Below are positions 22,415 to 34,000 of a DNA stretch of 64,000 nt, piece by piece. Both the position numbers and the translations under genes were made by a program. The notes beneath the pieces were generated by a model, which worked only from the letters and a program-made list of their open reading frames with translations, did not search any database and had not been told where the DNA came from. This stretch comes from Nitrospirota bacterium (GTDB taxonomy: Bacteria; Nitrospirota; UBA9217): the NCBI GenBank assembly GCA_963796285.1, contig CAWCKW010000012.1:544001-608000 (forward strand), written 5' to 3'. How positions within the stretch are numbered: position 1 is the stretch's first letter; every line of letters starts with the position of its first letter.

Positions 22415-23963
22415 ATGAAAATAGTCACCGCACAACAAATAAAGAACATCGACCGCAGGGCGATCAGGGACTTCGGCATTCCCGGCACGGTCCTGATGGA
22501 GAATGCGGCAGCAGCGGTCATGACCGCCATGGAGAAGTTCTTCGAAGGCCTTGCGGGATTGAGGGTCGGCATTCTCTGCGGCAAGGGGAATAACGGCGGT
22601 GATGGCCTGGCGCTCGCGCGGCGGCTCAGGATCAGCGGCGTACCGGTGCGGGTCGCGCTGCTCGCATCCTTTGGCGCGGTCAAAGGTGAAGCAAAGGTCA
22701 ATCTCTCCATTCTTCGCAAGATGGATGTCGAGATCGTGCAGAATGCGTCTCCCCGTTCTCTTGCCGATGTTATTGCCTGGTCGGATGTCCTTGTCGATGC
22801 CCTGCTGGGCGTCGGGTTGTCATCTCCCCTGAAAGGCGCGTATGCGCGGGCCGTGGAGATGATCAATACTTCAGGCTGTCCTGTTGTCGCCATCGACATT
22901 CCCACGGGAATCGATGCGGATACCGGCGCGGTCATGGGCGCGGCGGTCAGGGCCGATCTTACGGTGACCATGGCGTTCCTGAAGCGCGGACTCGTGCTCT
23001 ATCCCGGCGCAGGGTATGCCGGTACGGTGCGGGTCGCGGACATCGGCATTCCATCGGAGGTCGCGGAAAAAGAACATATATCAGTGAGCCTCTTGGACAA
23101 GGATTCGGTCTGGGGCGTCATCAGCGGCAGATTGCCCGATGCGCACAAAGGGGATTTCGGCCATCTCATGGTCGTCGCCGGATCGCCGGGCAAGGCCGGG
23201 GCGGCAATCATGGCTGCCAGGGGAGCGCTCAGAACAGGCGCGGGACTCGTGAGCGTGGCCACACCGAACAATCTTGTCCCGATCATCCAGGCACAGGTCG
23301 CAGAGGCCATGTGCGTCCCGTCAGCGGAAAGCATCGAAGGGACGCTGGGGATCGGGTCGGAAGAAGAACTGCTCAAGGCCATGGGAACCAAGAGCGCCTG
23401 CGTGATCGGTCCGGGGCTTTCAACCCACTACGAAACGGTCCAGGCCGTGCGGAGCCTCATTCAACGACTGACGATCCCCGCGGTGATCGACGCGGACGGG
23501 TTGAATGCGCTTGTCCGGCTTTACGGACATCCTCAAGAAGGTAAAGGCGCCTGTTGTCCTGACCCCGCACCCCGGTGAAATGGGGAGGCTGGTTGGAATA
23601 TCATCCGATGACATACAGAAGGACAGGATCGCCGTGGCTTCAGCCTTTGCCAGGAAGTATAGCGTTACGGTCGTACTCAAGGGCGCGGCCACGGTGGTCG
23701 CGACCCCTCATGGATGGGTGTTCATCAATTCCACGGGAAATCCCGGCATGGCTTCAGGCGGCACCGGCGATGTGCTCAGCGGCATGATCGGCAGCCTCCT
23801 TGCCCAGGGATACAGCGCAAGTCAGGCCGCGTGCCTCGGCGTGTATTTGCACGGAATGGCAGGGGACCTTGCGGCTCAGGAGAAGGGAGAGATTGCAATG
23901 ATCGCCGGGGACCTGATAGAAAAGATCCCGCAAGCGTTGAAAGAAACGACTGAGCAGCGGTGA
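22415..23963 (+). CDS. nnr: Bifunctional NAD(P)H-hydrate epimerase/dehydratase (frameshift near 23515)
   Basis: Motifs GKGNNGGDG, DIPTG, HKGDFG, IDADGLN, TPHPGE and GGTGDVLSG. Confidence 0.92.
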
Positions 23964-24118
23964 GTGAGACCGGCAGCCTGTTCAGGCAACATGATTGACA
24001 TGAAGTTAAACGAAAAAAACAAGATCGGTTTCATTTTATCTTCATCCGTGTCCAAAAGATTTACTTTTCTCTGTGTTATCTGTGAACTCCGTGTCAAATC
24101 ACTCTTAAGGGGGATCTT

Positions 24119-24577
24119 ATGCTGACCGCGAAAGACATCATGACCAAAGACGTAATATCCGTCAAGCCCGATACCTCGATCGAGGCGCTTTCTTCGCTCC
24201 TCGTGAAGTACGAGATCAGCGGCGTGCCGGTGGTTGACGACTCGGGTGCGCTCTACGGCATCGTGACCGATAACGACCTTATCAGCCGGAACAAACGGCT
24301 CCACATTCCGACCGTGGTGAGTTTTCTGGACGCCGCGATCTATCTGGAAAGCTCGAAAAAGTTCGAGCAGGAAGTGAAACGTTTGACAGCCACGCGGGTG
24401 GGGGACATCTGCGTCCGCAAGGTGGTCACGATCGGGGAAGACACCACGGTCGTGGACATCGCCACGATCATGACGGAAAAAAAGGTGCATCTGCTGCCGG
24501 TGGTAAAGGCGGGCAAGCTCGCAGGCATCGTGGGCAAACGTGATATGGTAAAGGCCGTCGCGCGGCAGGATGAGTAA
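24119..24577 (+). CDS. CBS-domain pair protein
   Basis: Two CBS repeats (ISGVPVVD, LLPVVKAGKLAGIV). Confidence 0.88.
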   Translation: MLTAKDIMTKDVISVKPDTSIEALSSLLVKYEISGVPVVDDSGALYGIVTDNDLISRNKRLHIPTVVSFLDAAIYLESSKKFEQEVKRLTATRVGDICVRKVVTIGEDTTVVDIATIMTEKKVHLLPVVKAGKLAGIVGKRDMVKAVARQDE

Positions 24578-25065
24578 TGTTCAACGTGATCACTGCCAGC
24601 CCGGAGCAGACCTGGCAGGTCGGACAGCTGCTTGGGGAACTGCTCGACGCAGGCGATACGGTCTGTCTGTACGGGGACCTCGGCGCCGGGAAGACGAATT
24701 TCACCTATGGCATTGCCCAGGGGCTGGACGTGCAGGAGCAGTACATCACGAGCCCGACCTTCACCTTCGTGAACGAGTACCAGGGGCGCGTGCCGCTCTA
24801 TCATATCGACCTCTATCGGCTCAAAGATCCCGATGACCTGGAGAATATCGGGTTCGAGGAATACATTGAATCCGATGGGGTGACGGTGATAGAATGGGCG
24901 GAACGGGCCGAGGATGAATTGCCCGCGGAGGGTTTGAGCGTCTACTTTTCCTACGTTGATGAACAGTGCCGCGAGATCGGGTTCATCGGGGAAGGGGAAC
25001 GGTACGAGAAGCTGGTGGAGGAATTAAAGCAGGAGCTGGATCGATCAAAACCGGCCGCAGGATGA
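24577..25065 (+). CDS. tsaE: tRNA threonylcarbamoyladenosine biosynthesis ATPase
   Basis: Motifs GDLGAGKT, SPTF, HIDLYRL and IEWA. Confidence 0.95.
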   Translation: MFNVITASPEQTWQVGQLLGELLDAGDTVCLYGDLGAGKTNFTYGIAQGLDVQEQYITSPTFTFVNEYQGRVPLYHIDLYRLKDPDDLENIGFEEYIESDGVTVIEWAERAEDELPAEGLSVYFSYVDEQCREIGFIGEGERYEKLVEELKQELDRSKPAAG

Positions 25066-25265
25066 AACCACAGAGGGCACTGAGAAAAATGTCTGGTGGA
25101 AACCCAAACGCTTTATGTTCTTGATCAACAAGATGCTCTGTGTTCTCGCAGTTTAATGATAAGAAAAAAACGGTGCCAGTAATAAAAGTGCGCAGAGGGG
25201 GAGGGAGGCCGCAGAGGCGCTTTCTCCATAATATTTAATTTCTTCTCCGCGTGCTCTGTGGTAAA
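25066..25265. repeat. Inverted ACCACAGAG / CTCTGTGGT-type repeat element
   Basis: AAACCACAGAGGGCAC at the left end and GTGCTCTGTGGTAAAT at the right end. Confidence 0.7.
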
Positions 25266-25300
25266 TATTAGCAATACGGTTGCCCGGGACAGGGGATTGT

Positions 25301-26152
25301 ATGAAGAAGATCGGTATTATAGCAAAGGATATTCCAGCGGCGCAGAAGGCGGCAAAGAAGCTCGCCTCGTGGCTTGAGGCGCGGGGCAAGAAGGTCTTCA
25401 TCGACGCCAACACGGCCATGGCCATCAAAATGGAGGGCTACGAACCGTCTGAAATACCGGCGCTCGTCGAGATGATCATCGTGCTCGGAGGCGATGGGAC
25501 CCTTCTGTCCGCGGCCCGCTTTGTCGCCGATGCGCACACGGATGTGCCTATCTTCGGCGTGAACCTCGGCAGCCTCGGCTTCATGGCGGAACTTTCCTTT
25601 GATGAGTTGTACGACAACCTCGAAAAAGCGATAGCCGGCAAGCTTGAGACCGAGGACCGGATGATGCTGGCAGTGAGCGTGGTCCGCGAGGGAAGGAATA
25701 TTGCCCGGTACCGGGTGCTGAACGATGCGGTGATCAACAAGGGCGCGCTCGCGCGCATGATGGAGCTCAAGGTGTCGGTGAACGACGGCCACCTGACCAC
25801 CCTCAGGGCGGATGGACTGATCGTGGCAACACCCACGGGTTCCACCGCTTACTCGCTCTCCGCGGGCGGACCGATCATCCATCCGACGATCCACTGCTTC
25901 GTGATCACGCCCATTTGCCCGCATACGCTCTCGAACAGGCCGATCGCCCTGCCCGATACGGTCGTGGTGGCTGTTTGCCTGATGTCGCAGAGCGAGGACG
26001 TATCGCTCACCCTCGACGGCCAGATCGGATTTCCACTCGCGTGGAACGATGTAGTCGAGATCAAAAAATCGCGGTACAGGATGAAGCTCATCAAACACCC
26101 CTCAAAGAGCTATTACGAGATCCTCAGGACTAAATTGAAATGGGGGAATTAA
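25301..26152 (+). CDS. nadK: NAD(+) kinase
   Basis: Motifs GGDGT, GVNLGSLGF, LND and ATPTGSTAYSLSAGGP. Confidence 0.95.
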   Translation: MKKIGIIAKDIPAAQKAAKKLASWLEARGKKVFIDANTAMAIKMEGYEPSEIPALVEMIIVLGGDGTLLSAARFVADAHTDVPIFGVNLGSLGFMAELSFDELYDNLEKAIAGKLETEDRMMLAVSVVREGRNIARYRVLNDAVINKGALARMMELKVSVNDGHLTTLRADGLIVATPTGSTAYSLSAGGPIIHPTIHCFVITPICPHTLSNRPIALPDTVVVAVCLMSQSEDVSLTLDGQIGFPLAWNDVVEIKKSRYRMKLIKHPSKSYYEILRTKLKWGN

Positions 26153-26219
26153 TAATCAAGTTCAGAGTTCGGAGTTCAACGGTCAACGTTCACGGTAACA
26201 ATACTAAGGACTGTCTTTC

Positions 26220-26952
26220 ATGGATGAAGTTCAACGGGAATTTCTGGACATAGTGACGCAAGTCAGGGCGCACCTTGAGTATCAAAAGGCGCTGGGCTTG
26301 AGTTTCATTGAAACGACTTCAGTGGGAAGTCCGCGATCAGCAGTTCACCCTGTTACTCCAACGAGTGAACCGTCTTCGGTACAACAAAGCAGTGAACTTG
26401 CATGCTGTCCGCGAAGAACTTGGAGATTGTATCCGCTGTAAACTGCACAAAGGCCGGCAGAACATCGTTTTCGGAGAGGGCAACCCGAACGCAGCGCTCG
26501 TATTTGTCGGAGAGGGGCCGGGGCAGGAAGAGGACGAGCAGGGAAGACCCTTTGTCGGCGCTGCGGGACAGCTGCTGACGGACATCATCGTCAAGGGGAT
26601 GCAGGCTCAACCGCGAGGATGTCTACATCTGCAATATCGTGAAATGCAGGCCGCCGAACAACCGGAACCCCGAACCGGACGAGATCAGGCCTGCGAACCG
26701 TTCCTCATCAAACAGCTTCAGGCGATCAAGCCGAAGATCATCATCGGGCTGGGCAACGTCGCTGTCAAGACGCTGCTCAAGACAAAAGAGGGGATCACTT
26801 CGCTTCGCGGCACATGGAAGACCTATCAGGGCATTCCGCTCATGCCCACGTTCCACCCGGCATACTTGCTGAGAACTCCGGCTGACAAAAGACTTGTCTG
26901 GGATGATATTAAAAAAGTTATTGCTGAGTTGGAGAAACTGCGGAAAGAATAA
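26220..26952 (+). CDS. Family-4 uracil-DNA glycosylase (frameshifted)
   Basis: Motifs CIRCKL (Fe-S ligands), [19 protein letters not shown] and FHPAYLLR. Confidence 0.9.
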
Positions 26953-26956
26953 TAAA

Positions 26957-27089
26957 ACGAGGGACGAGGGACGAAGGACGAGGATGCGGGATGAGGAAGA
27001 AGGACGAAGGAAATAAGACGAAGGATGTGAGATGCAATTGATTTTTCGTCCATCGTCCTAGTGAACGCAGTGAACGGTCGTCCCTCGAT
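26957..27089. repeat. Inverted heptamer arrays (GACGAGG/GACGAAG versus TCGTCC)
   Basis: Read directly from the spacer between the UDG and HIT genes. Confidence 0.7.
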
Positions 27090-27103
27090 TTCTCTCAAAA
27101 AAT

Positions 27104-27595
27104 ATGGACAGACTCTGGGCACCATGGCGAATGAAGTATATCCTGGGTTCTAAAAAACCGGTGGGGTGCATTCTCTGCGAAGAAGTGAAGAAGAATGACG
27201 ACCGCAAGAACTATATCCTGTATCGCGGGAAGCATTCCTTCGTGATCATGAACCTCTATCCCTACAACAACGGCCACCTGCTTATCGTCCCTTACACCCA
27301 CGAGTCCGAGGTCGACCGGCTGCCCGAGGCGGAACTTGCCGACCTGATGAGAACGACACAGGCATCGGTGACGATCCTGAAGCAGGCCTTGCGTCCCGAA
27401 GGCTTCAACATCGGCATCAATATCGGAAAGTCCGCCGGAGCGGGGATCCCCGAACATCTCCATGTGCAGATCGTTCCGCGCTGGTCCGGCGATTCCAGCT
27501 ATATCACGGTGTTTGACGATACCCGCGTGATGCCTGAACTGCTTGACGGGACGTATGACAGGCTGAGGCCGTATTTTGAGAAACTCAAAGACTGA
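27104..27595 (+). CDS. HIT-family nucleotide hydrolase/phosphorylase
   Basis: Motifs LWAPWR, NLYPYNNGHL, GFNIGIN and HLHVQIVPRW. Confidence 0.9.
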   Translation: MDRLWAPWRMKYILGSKKPVGCILCEEVKKNDDRKNYILYRGKHSFVIMNLYPYNNGHLLIVPYTHESEVDRLPEAELADLMRTTQASVTILKQALRPEGFNIGINIGKSAGAGIPEHLHVQIVPRWSGDSSYITVFDDTRVMPELLDGTYDRLRPYFEKLKD

Positions 27596-27749
27596 ACATT
27601 TACCACGGAGGTCACAGATCGTAAACGAAAACATGAGAAGCTGAGAAGTGGCAGAATCTACAATGTAAGTCTTTTCTCATATGCCTCTGCACCTCAACGT
27701 GTTCTCCGTATCTTAGTGACTCTGGTCAATCTTTGTTCCCTGGAAATCC

Positions 27750-30422
27750 ATGACCGACTTAACCCCCCTCATGAAACAATACCGCGAGATCAAGCGCCAG
27801 CACCTCGACGCGATCCTGCTTTTCCGCATGGGCGATTTCTATGAGATGTTCGACCAGGACGCGGTGACCGCCTCGAAGGTCCTCGAGATCACGCTGACGG
27901 CGAGGAACAAATCCAAGGGCATCGAGACGCCGCTCTGCGGGTTCCCCTACCACGCCGTGGAGGGCTATATCGCCAAGCTCATCCGGCGCGGCTTCAAGGT
28001 CGCGGTCTGCGAACAGGTGGAAGACCCGAAACTCGCGAAGGGCATTGTAAAGCGCGAAGTGATCCGGGTGGTGACGCCGGGAACAGTGCTCGATTCCAAT
28101 CTGCTGGATGCCAAGGACAACAACTACCTCGCTTCCCTGTATCCGGCGAAGGACGGTTTCGGACTATCCTTTCTCGATATCTCAACAGGCGATTTCTTCA
28201 TGGCCGAGATCGCGGGCGCGGATAATCTCGCCGAGCTCGATACGCTCCTTGCGCGGTTCACGCCCCGCGAGATCGTGCTGCCCAGGGACCATGCGCCCGG
28301 TCCCGGTCTTTCTTCGCTGCTTCGTCAGTACACGCAGGCGATCAATACCTGCGACGACTGGACGTTCGACATCACGACCGCCCTGCGAACGCTGCTCGAC
28401 CACTTCAAGGTCGCCTCGCTCGAGGGCTTCGGCTGCAGCGGCATGAAGTCACGGCATTTCCGCCGCGGGCGCGGCGCTCCGTTATATCGAAGAGACGCAG
28501 AAGACCGGCCTTGCGAACATACGCCGCATCAAGCCTTTTCTCGTCCGGGAACACATGGTCCTGGACGCCTCATGCCAGCGCAATCTTGAACTCGTCAAGA
28601 ACATCTACGACGGTTCTATCGAAAGGAACGCTTCTGTCCGTGCTCGATTTCACGGTCACGGCAATGGGCGGCAGAAAACTGCGCGAATGGCTCCTGAACC
28701 CGCTGATGAGCGCGGCTGGATATCGAGCATCGGCTCGATGCAGTGGCGGAATTCAAGAACGACCACCAGCTTCGCTCCAGCCTTATGACAGCGCTCGGCG
28801 CGGTCTATGACCTCGAGCGGCTTATCAGCCGCGTTTCTCTCGGCGCGGCAAATGCCCGCGACCTGCTCGCGCTCAAACAGTCGTTTACCGCGCTGCCCCG
28901 GCTCCATGAACTGCTGGCCCGGTGCAATGCCCGATTGATCTATGATATGGCTCAGGAATGGGACGACCTCGCGGAGGTCCACCAGCTTATCGAGAGTGCT
29001 GTCAGCGATGATCCCCCGTATACGCTGCGCGAGGGAAAACTGATCAAAAAAGGGTACAACGCCGAACTCGACGAGCTTCGCTCCATCAGTTCGGAAGGCA
29101 AGGGCTGGATCGCGGGCATCGAGCTGCGCGAGCGCGAGCGCACCGGCATCAACTCGCTCAAGGTAAGCTACAACAGGGTCTTCGGGTATTATATCGAAGT
29201 AACGAAGACCAATCTCGCGAACGTGCCGCAGGATTTTATCCGCAAACAGACGCTCGCGAACGCTGAACGCTTCATCACGCCCGAGCTCAAGGAATATGAG
29301 GACAAGGTCCTCGGTGCAGAGGAAAAGATCCTCGACCTGGAGTACCGGCTGTTCCAGCAGGTGCGCGAATCGGTTGCCGCCTCGACCGTCAGGATCCAGG
29401 ACATGGCGAGACGGCTCGCGGTCCTCGATTGCCTTGTCTCGCTCGCGGAGGCCGCGGCAAAGAATAATTAAGCCGGCCGGTGATCCTTGACGGCGATACG
29501 CTCAGGATCATCGAAGGCAGACATCCGGTCGTCGAACAGCTCGCGCTCGAAGAGCGGTTCATTCCGAACGACACGCTTCTGGACTGCGAAGAGAACCAGC
29601 TCGTGATCCTGACCGGGCCGAACATGGCGGGCAAGTCCACCTACATGCGGCAGGTGGCGGTCATCACGATCATGGCCCAGATGGGCAGCTTTGTTCCGGC
29701 GCGCGAGGCGCAGGTCGGCATCGTGGACCGGGTCTTTACGCGCATCGGGGCATCGGATTTCATCACGCGCGGCCAGAGCACCTTCATGGTCGAGATGAAC
29801 GAGACGGCTAATATCCTGAACAACGCCACGGACCGGAGCCTCATCATCCTCGACGAGATCGGCAGGGGCACCAGCACGTTCGACGGCATCAGCATTGCCT
29901 GGGCAGTGGCCGAGTACATCCATACCAAGATCAGGGCGAGGACCCTGTTCGCCACGCACTACCACGAGCTTACGGAGCTCGCGCTTACCATGGACCGGGT
30001 GAAGAACTATACCGTGGCGATCAAGGAATGGAACGACCAGATCATCTTTCTCCGGCGCGTGGTGGAAGGCGGGGCGGACAAGTCCTACGGCATTCAGGTG
30101 GCGCGGCTCGCCGGACTCCCGCAAGCAGTGATCCAGCGGGCCAGGGAAGTGCTCGCAAACCTTGAAAAGGCCGAGTTCAACGACCAGGGTGAGCCGGTGG
30201 CAGCGACGCATATGGGCGGGAGTAAGAACGGCAAACGGAAAGACAGGCGTCACCGGCAGACAGAGGGAAGAAGCGGGAACTTCTGCACCGCAGCTCGGGT
30301 TGTTCGCCAGCGAGGCCGGCCTTTTATTTAAAGAGATTCAGGACCTGGACCTCGACACCATGACTCCGCTCGATGCAATGAATACGCTGCATGAGCTCAA
30401 GAAGAAAGTGGCCAGGAGCTGA
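27750..30422 (+). CDS. mutS: DNA mismatch repair protein MutS (several frameshifts)
   Basis: Motifs [48 protein letters not shown] and SYGIQVA. Confidence 0.95.
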
Positions 30423-30703
30423 CGCATCCGGAGCACCGTCCGCGCTTACGACATCCTTGGCCGTTACGGGGGGAGGAATTTCTCATCATCATGCCGGACA
30501 CCAGCCTGGACGATGCCGGGGAACTTGCCGAGAGGATCCGTACCCATGTCAGGGAAGAACAAATCAGTAATGTCATTGTTACCATGAGCCTTGGGGTCGT
30601 GTGTGTCCAGGAGCACGACCGGTCGGTAGACGATATCATCAGAAGGGCGGATGAAAATTTATATAAGGCAAAAAAGCTCGGCAAAGACCGGGTCGTCTCA
30701 TAA
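30423..30703 (+). pseudogene. C-terminal half of a GGDEF diguanylate cyclase domain
   Basis: RAYDILGRYGG(E)EF...TMSLGV...RADENLYKAKKLGKDRV. There is no start codon and no N-terminal half. Confidence 0.75.
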
Positions 30704-30823
30704 GGCATCTTAACAAAGCGGCTGCGCAGCAGGAGGATCTTCCCGAGCAATTCCCTGTTGACACCTTGCCCCGGTTTCTGGTAGTATCTTGGCACCTAAC
30801 GTTTGAAAGGAGTAGTATCAGCA

Positions 30824-31270
30824 ATGCAGGTAATTTTACGGGAAGATATAGACAAATTGGGGAACATAGGCGACCTCGTCAAGGTCGCGGACGGCTATGC
30901 CAGAAATTATCCTGGTGCCAAACAAGAAGGCCATTGAGGCAACGCCTGATAACTTAAATGCCATGAATCATGCGAAAAAGATGGTCTCGGACCGCATCCG
31001 CAAGATAAAAAAAGTTGCCACGGCAGAAGCCGACCGGCTCAGAGGACTTGCCGTCATTATCAAGGCCAAGACCGGCGAAGAGGGCAAGCTCTTCGGTTCC
31101 GTGACTTCCATGGACATCGCTGATGCCGTGAAGGCGCAGGGCGTGGAGATCGACAAACGAAAGATCGTCCTCGACGAGCCGATCAAGCGTCTCGGCGACT
31201 ATACTGTCTCCGTGAAGATGCATGCCGACATTCTTGCGGAATCAAGGTCTCGGTGATCGCGGAAGAGTAG
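30824..31270 (+). CDS. rplI: 50S ribosomal protein L9 (frameshifted)
   Basis: Segments [31 protein letters not shown] and PIKRLG. It has its own TTGACA-17-TAGTAT promoter and an AAGGAG RBS. Confidence 0.93.
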
Positions 31271-31378
31271 TCCAACAACCAACAGAATTCAGGAGCCAGG
31301 AGACAGAAGTCAGGAGATACATTCCGGTTTCTGACTTCTGGCTTCTTTTTTTCTATATGCCGGTCGCGAGGTTTTATC

Positions 31379-32768
31379 ATGTCCGTTCAGACCGAAGTTT
31401 CTCTTCAAAAACTTCCCCCGCAAAATATCGAAGCCGAACAGATGGTGCTCGGCGCGATCCTGATCGAGAACGACTCCATCAACAAGGTCATCGAAACTCC
31501 TCTCGCCTGACGATTTCTACAAGGACACTCATCGCAGGATATTCAAGGTCATGCTCGACATGTTCGAGACCGGGGACGCGATCGACCTCGTGACGCTGTC
31601 CGATGCTCTCCGCGGCAAAACCGGGCTTGAGGCCGTCGGGGGGGCGTCCTATCTCGCAACACTCGTGAGCCTCGTCCCAACGGCGGCGAACATCAAGTAC
31701 CACGCGCGGATCGTGCGCGAGAAGGCCGTGCTCCGCAAACTTATCCACTCAGCCACCGATATCATCACCCAGAGCTATGAAGACTCGCGTACCGTGGTCA
31801 ACATCGACGAACTCCTGGACCGTGCCGAGAAATCGATCTTCGAGATCGCCCAGGGCAAGATCAAGGATTCCTTCGTTTCCATGAAGAATATCGTCGGGCA
31901 CAGCTTCGCGATCGTTGAACGGCTCTATGAGAAAAAAGAGATGGTCACCGGCCTTGCGACCGGTTTTCTGGACCTGGACGAGAGGACGTCGGGATTTCAG
32001 CAAAGCGACCTGATCATCATTGCGGGCAGGCCGTCCATGGGCAAGACGGCGTTCTGTCTGAACATCGCGGCGCACGCCGCCATTGAAAAAGGAAAGTCGG
32101 TGGCGATCTTCAGCCTCGAAATGTCCAAGGAGCAGCTGGTGCTTCGTATGCTGGGTTCCGAGTCGCGGGTGGACGCGCACAAACTGCGTACCGGCCACTT
32201 GTCGGATCGTGACTGGACGCCGCTCTCCACCGCTGCAGGCAGACTCGCGGAAGCGCCGATCTTTATCGATGATACCGCCGCGATCTCGGTGCTCGAGACG
32301 CGGGCCAAGGCCCGCAGGCTGAAGGCGGACCAGGGCCTTGACCTTATCATTGTCGACTATCTGCAGCTCATGCGCGGCCGGGGTGATGAAGGCAGCCGCG
32401 AGCAGGAAATCTCGAACATCTCGCGTTCGCTCAAGGCGCTTGCCAAAGAGCTCCAGGTCCCGGTCATAGCGCTCTCGCAGCTGAACCGGGCGGTGGAGAC
32501 GCGGCCCGGCAAGGAAAAAAGACCGATGCTTGCCGACCTTCGCGAATCCGGCGCCATTGAACAGGACGCGGATGTGATATTATTCATTTATCGTGATGAG
32601 GTCTATAACAAGTGTGAATGCCCGTACGACGGCGAATGCCTGTGCGGCCAGAGGGGAAAGGCCGAGGTGATCATCGGGAAACAGAGAAACGGTCCGATCG
32701 GCAAAGTAGACCTGACGTTCGTCAACCGGTACACGAGGTTCGAAAACGCGGAGAAAAGGGCTTTTTAA
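31379..32768 (+). CDS. dnaB: Replicative DNA helicase (frameshift near 31497)
   Basis: Motifs PPQNIEAEQMVLG, GRPSMGKT, VDYLQLM, SQLNR, DLRESGAIEQDAD and KQRNGP. Confidence 0.96.
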
Positions 32769-32829
32769 TACCCTGCGGTGTTGCGAATACAAACAACGCT
32801 ATTGGATCAAATCTAAAAACCCCAGATAG

Positions 32830-32904
32830 ACCACGGAGGAAGCCAAGGTGATAAAACCGCTGGTCCCAAAATTCTGTTCTCCGTGTTACCATTGTCTCCG
32901 TGGT
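32830..32904. repeat. Inverted ACCACGGAG / CTCCGTGGT element
   Basis: Perfect 9-bp inverted ends at 32830-32838 and 32896-32904. Confidence 0.65.
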
Positions 32905-32977
32905 GGATTTTTATCTTTTCCAGCGACCGCCACTCATTCTTCTATAAAATCCATAATCTCCAGCAGGGAGGTTTCCT

Positions 32978-33761
32978 GTGGCTTCAGATAAAGCAACGAT
33001 CAGCGAAAACATACAAAAGTTCCTCGGAAAATCCGACTGGAAATCAGCTATCGCGGAGATGGAAAGTCTTTTCGCTGTTGACCCCGATCCTATGGTCCGC
33101 GTGAGGATCGGCAACGCCCGCCAAAAACTCGGCCACAAATCTGAGGCTGCCAAAGAGTACATCCATGCTGCGGACCTGTACGCGGACGGCGGGTTTGTGG
33201 TTAAGGCCCTTGCCCAATACAAACTGGCGCTCAGGCTTGATCCAACGAGCAGGGACGCCCTGAACAAAATAGAAATGCTTCATTCCAACAAATCGATCAC
33301 CGATTTAAAGCTCGAGCCGATCGAGGACAGGGCACGGGAGTCGACCAGGAGCGTTATCCCGCTCTTCTCCGATTTTACCCAGGAAGAGTTCAACGAGTTC
33401 ACCAAGCGCATGATCATTCATACCCTGACTCCCGGAAAGGCCATCATCAAAGAAGGGGACAGAGGAAGATCGGTCTTTATCCTTACCCGCGGTTCTGTAA
33501 AGGTCTATTCCACAATCAGGGGTAAAAAGGTGGAACTTGCCGCTCTCCAGGCGAGTGATTTCTTCGGCGAGATCGCTTTCCTCACGGGCAAGCCAAGGAC
33601 CGCGACCGTTGAGACGATAGAGGAATCGGATGTGCTGGAGGTGTCTGAAGAAGATCTCAATGCAAATGATCAGCAAGAGCCCCCGTATCAGAGAGGTCCT
33701 GCATAATTATCATGAACAGCGCGCCAATAGCACCCTCGAAATAGTGAAAAGTTCTCTTTAA
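32978..33761 (+). CDS. TPR plus cyclic-nucleotide-binding domain protein (C-terminal frameshift)
   Basis: Helical TPR-like N-terminus, then cNMP motifs IIKEGD and FFGEIAFLTGKPRTATV. Confidence 0.85.
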
Positions 33762-34000
33762 CAGCGTGATGCCGGTATGCCTGGTACCATACGCTGCATT
33801 TGAACAATAGTCCTCGCGGATAGTGGAAAGCCTATTAGACCTCGAACGTGATTCGTGTTAATCACAAGTCAGCATGGTTGCGCAGTGTCAATAGTTTTGA
33901 ATTTGCTCCGTGTGTTCGTGGTTGCCGGTTTTATTGAATCGAGCATGTAATATGTAATATACGGCAGCAGTCATGGACACTGCAGCAGACAGAGGTGCCT

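Noticed and set aside
30420-30422. Selenocysteine TGA joining MutS and the GGDEF fragment
   Set aside because: The position is not a Cys-equivalent catalytic site and no convincing SECIS hairpin follows.
31379-32768. Intein in dnaB
   Set aside because: The length is normal and there are no intein splice motifs; only the short Cys-rich loop is extra.
32769-32970. Possible 6S RNA (CCCTGCGGTGTT at the start, GCAGGG about 200 nt later)
   Set aside because: The interior is an ACCACGGAG/CTCCGTGGT repeat, the long central pairing typical of 6S is not seen, and the 3' match overlaps the next gene's RBS.
33848-33865. GTGATT-N6-AATCAC palindrome as a CRP/FNR site after the cNMP-binding gene
   Set aside because: The GTGA/TCAC spacing is 10 nt rather than 6, the neighbouring protein has no DNA-binding domain, and there is only one occurrence.
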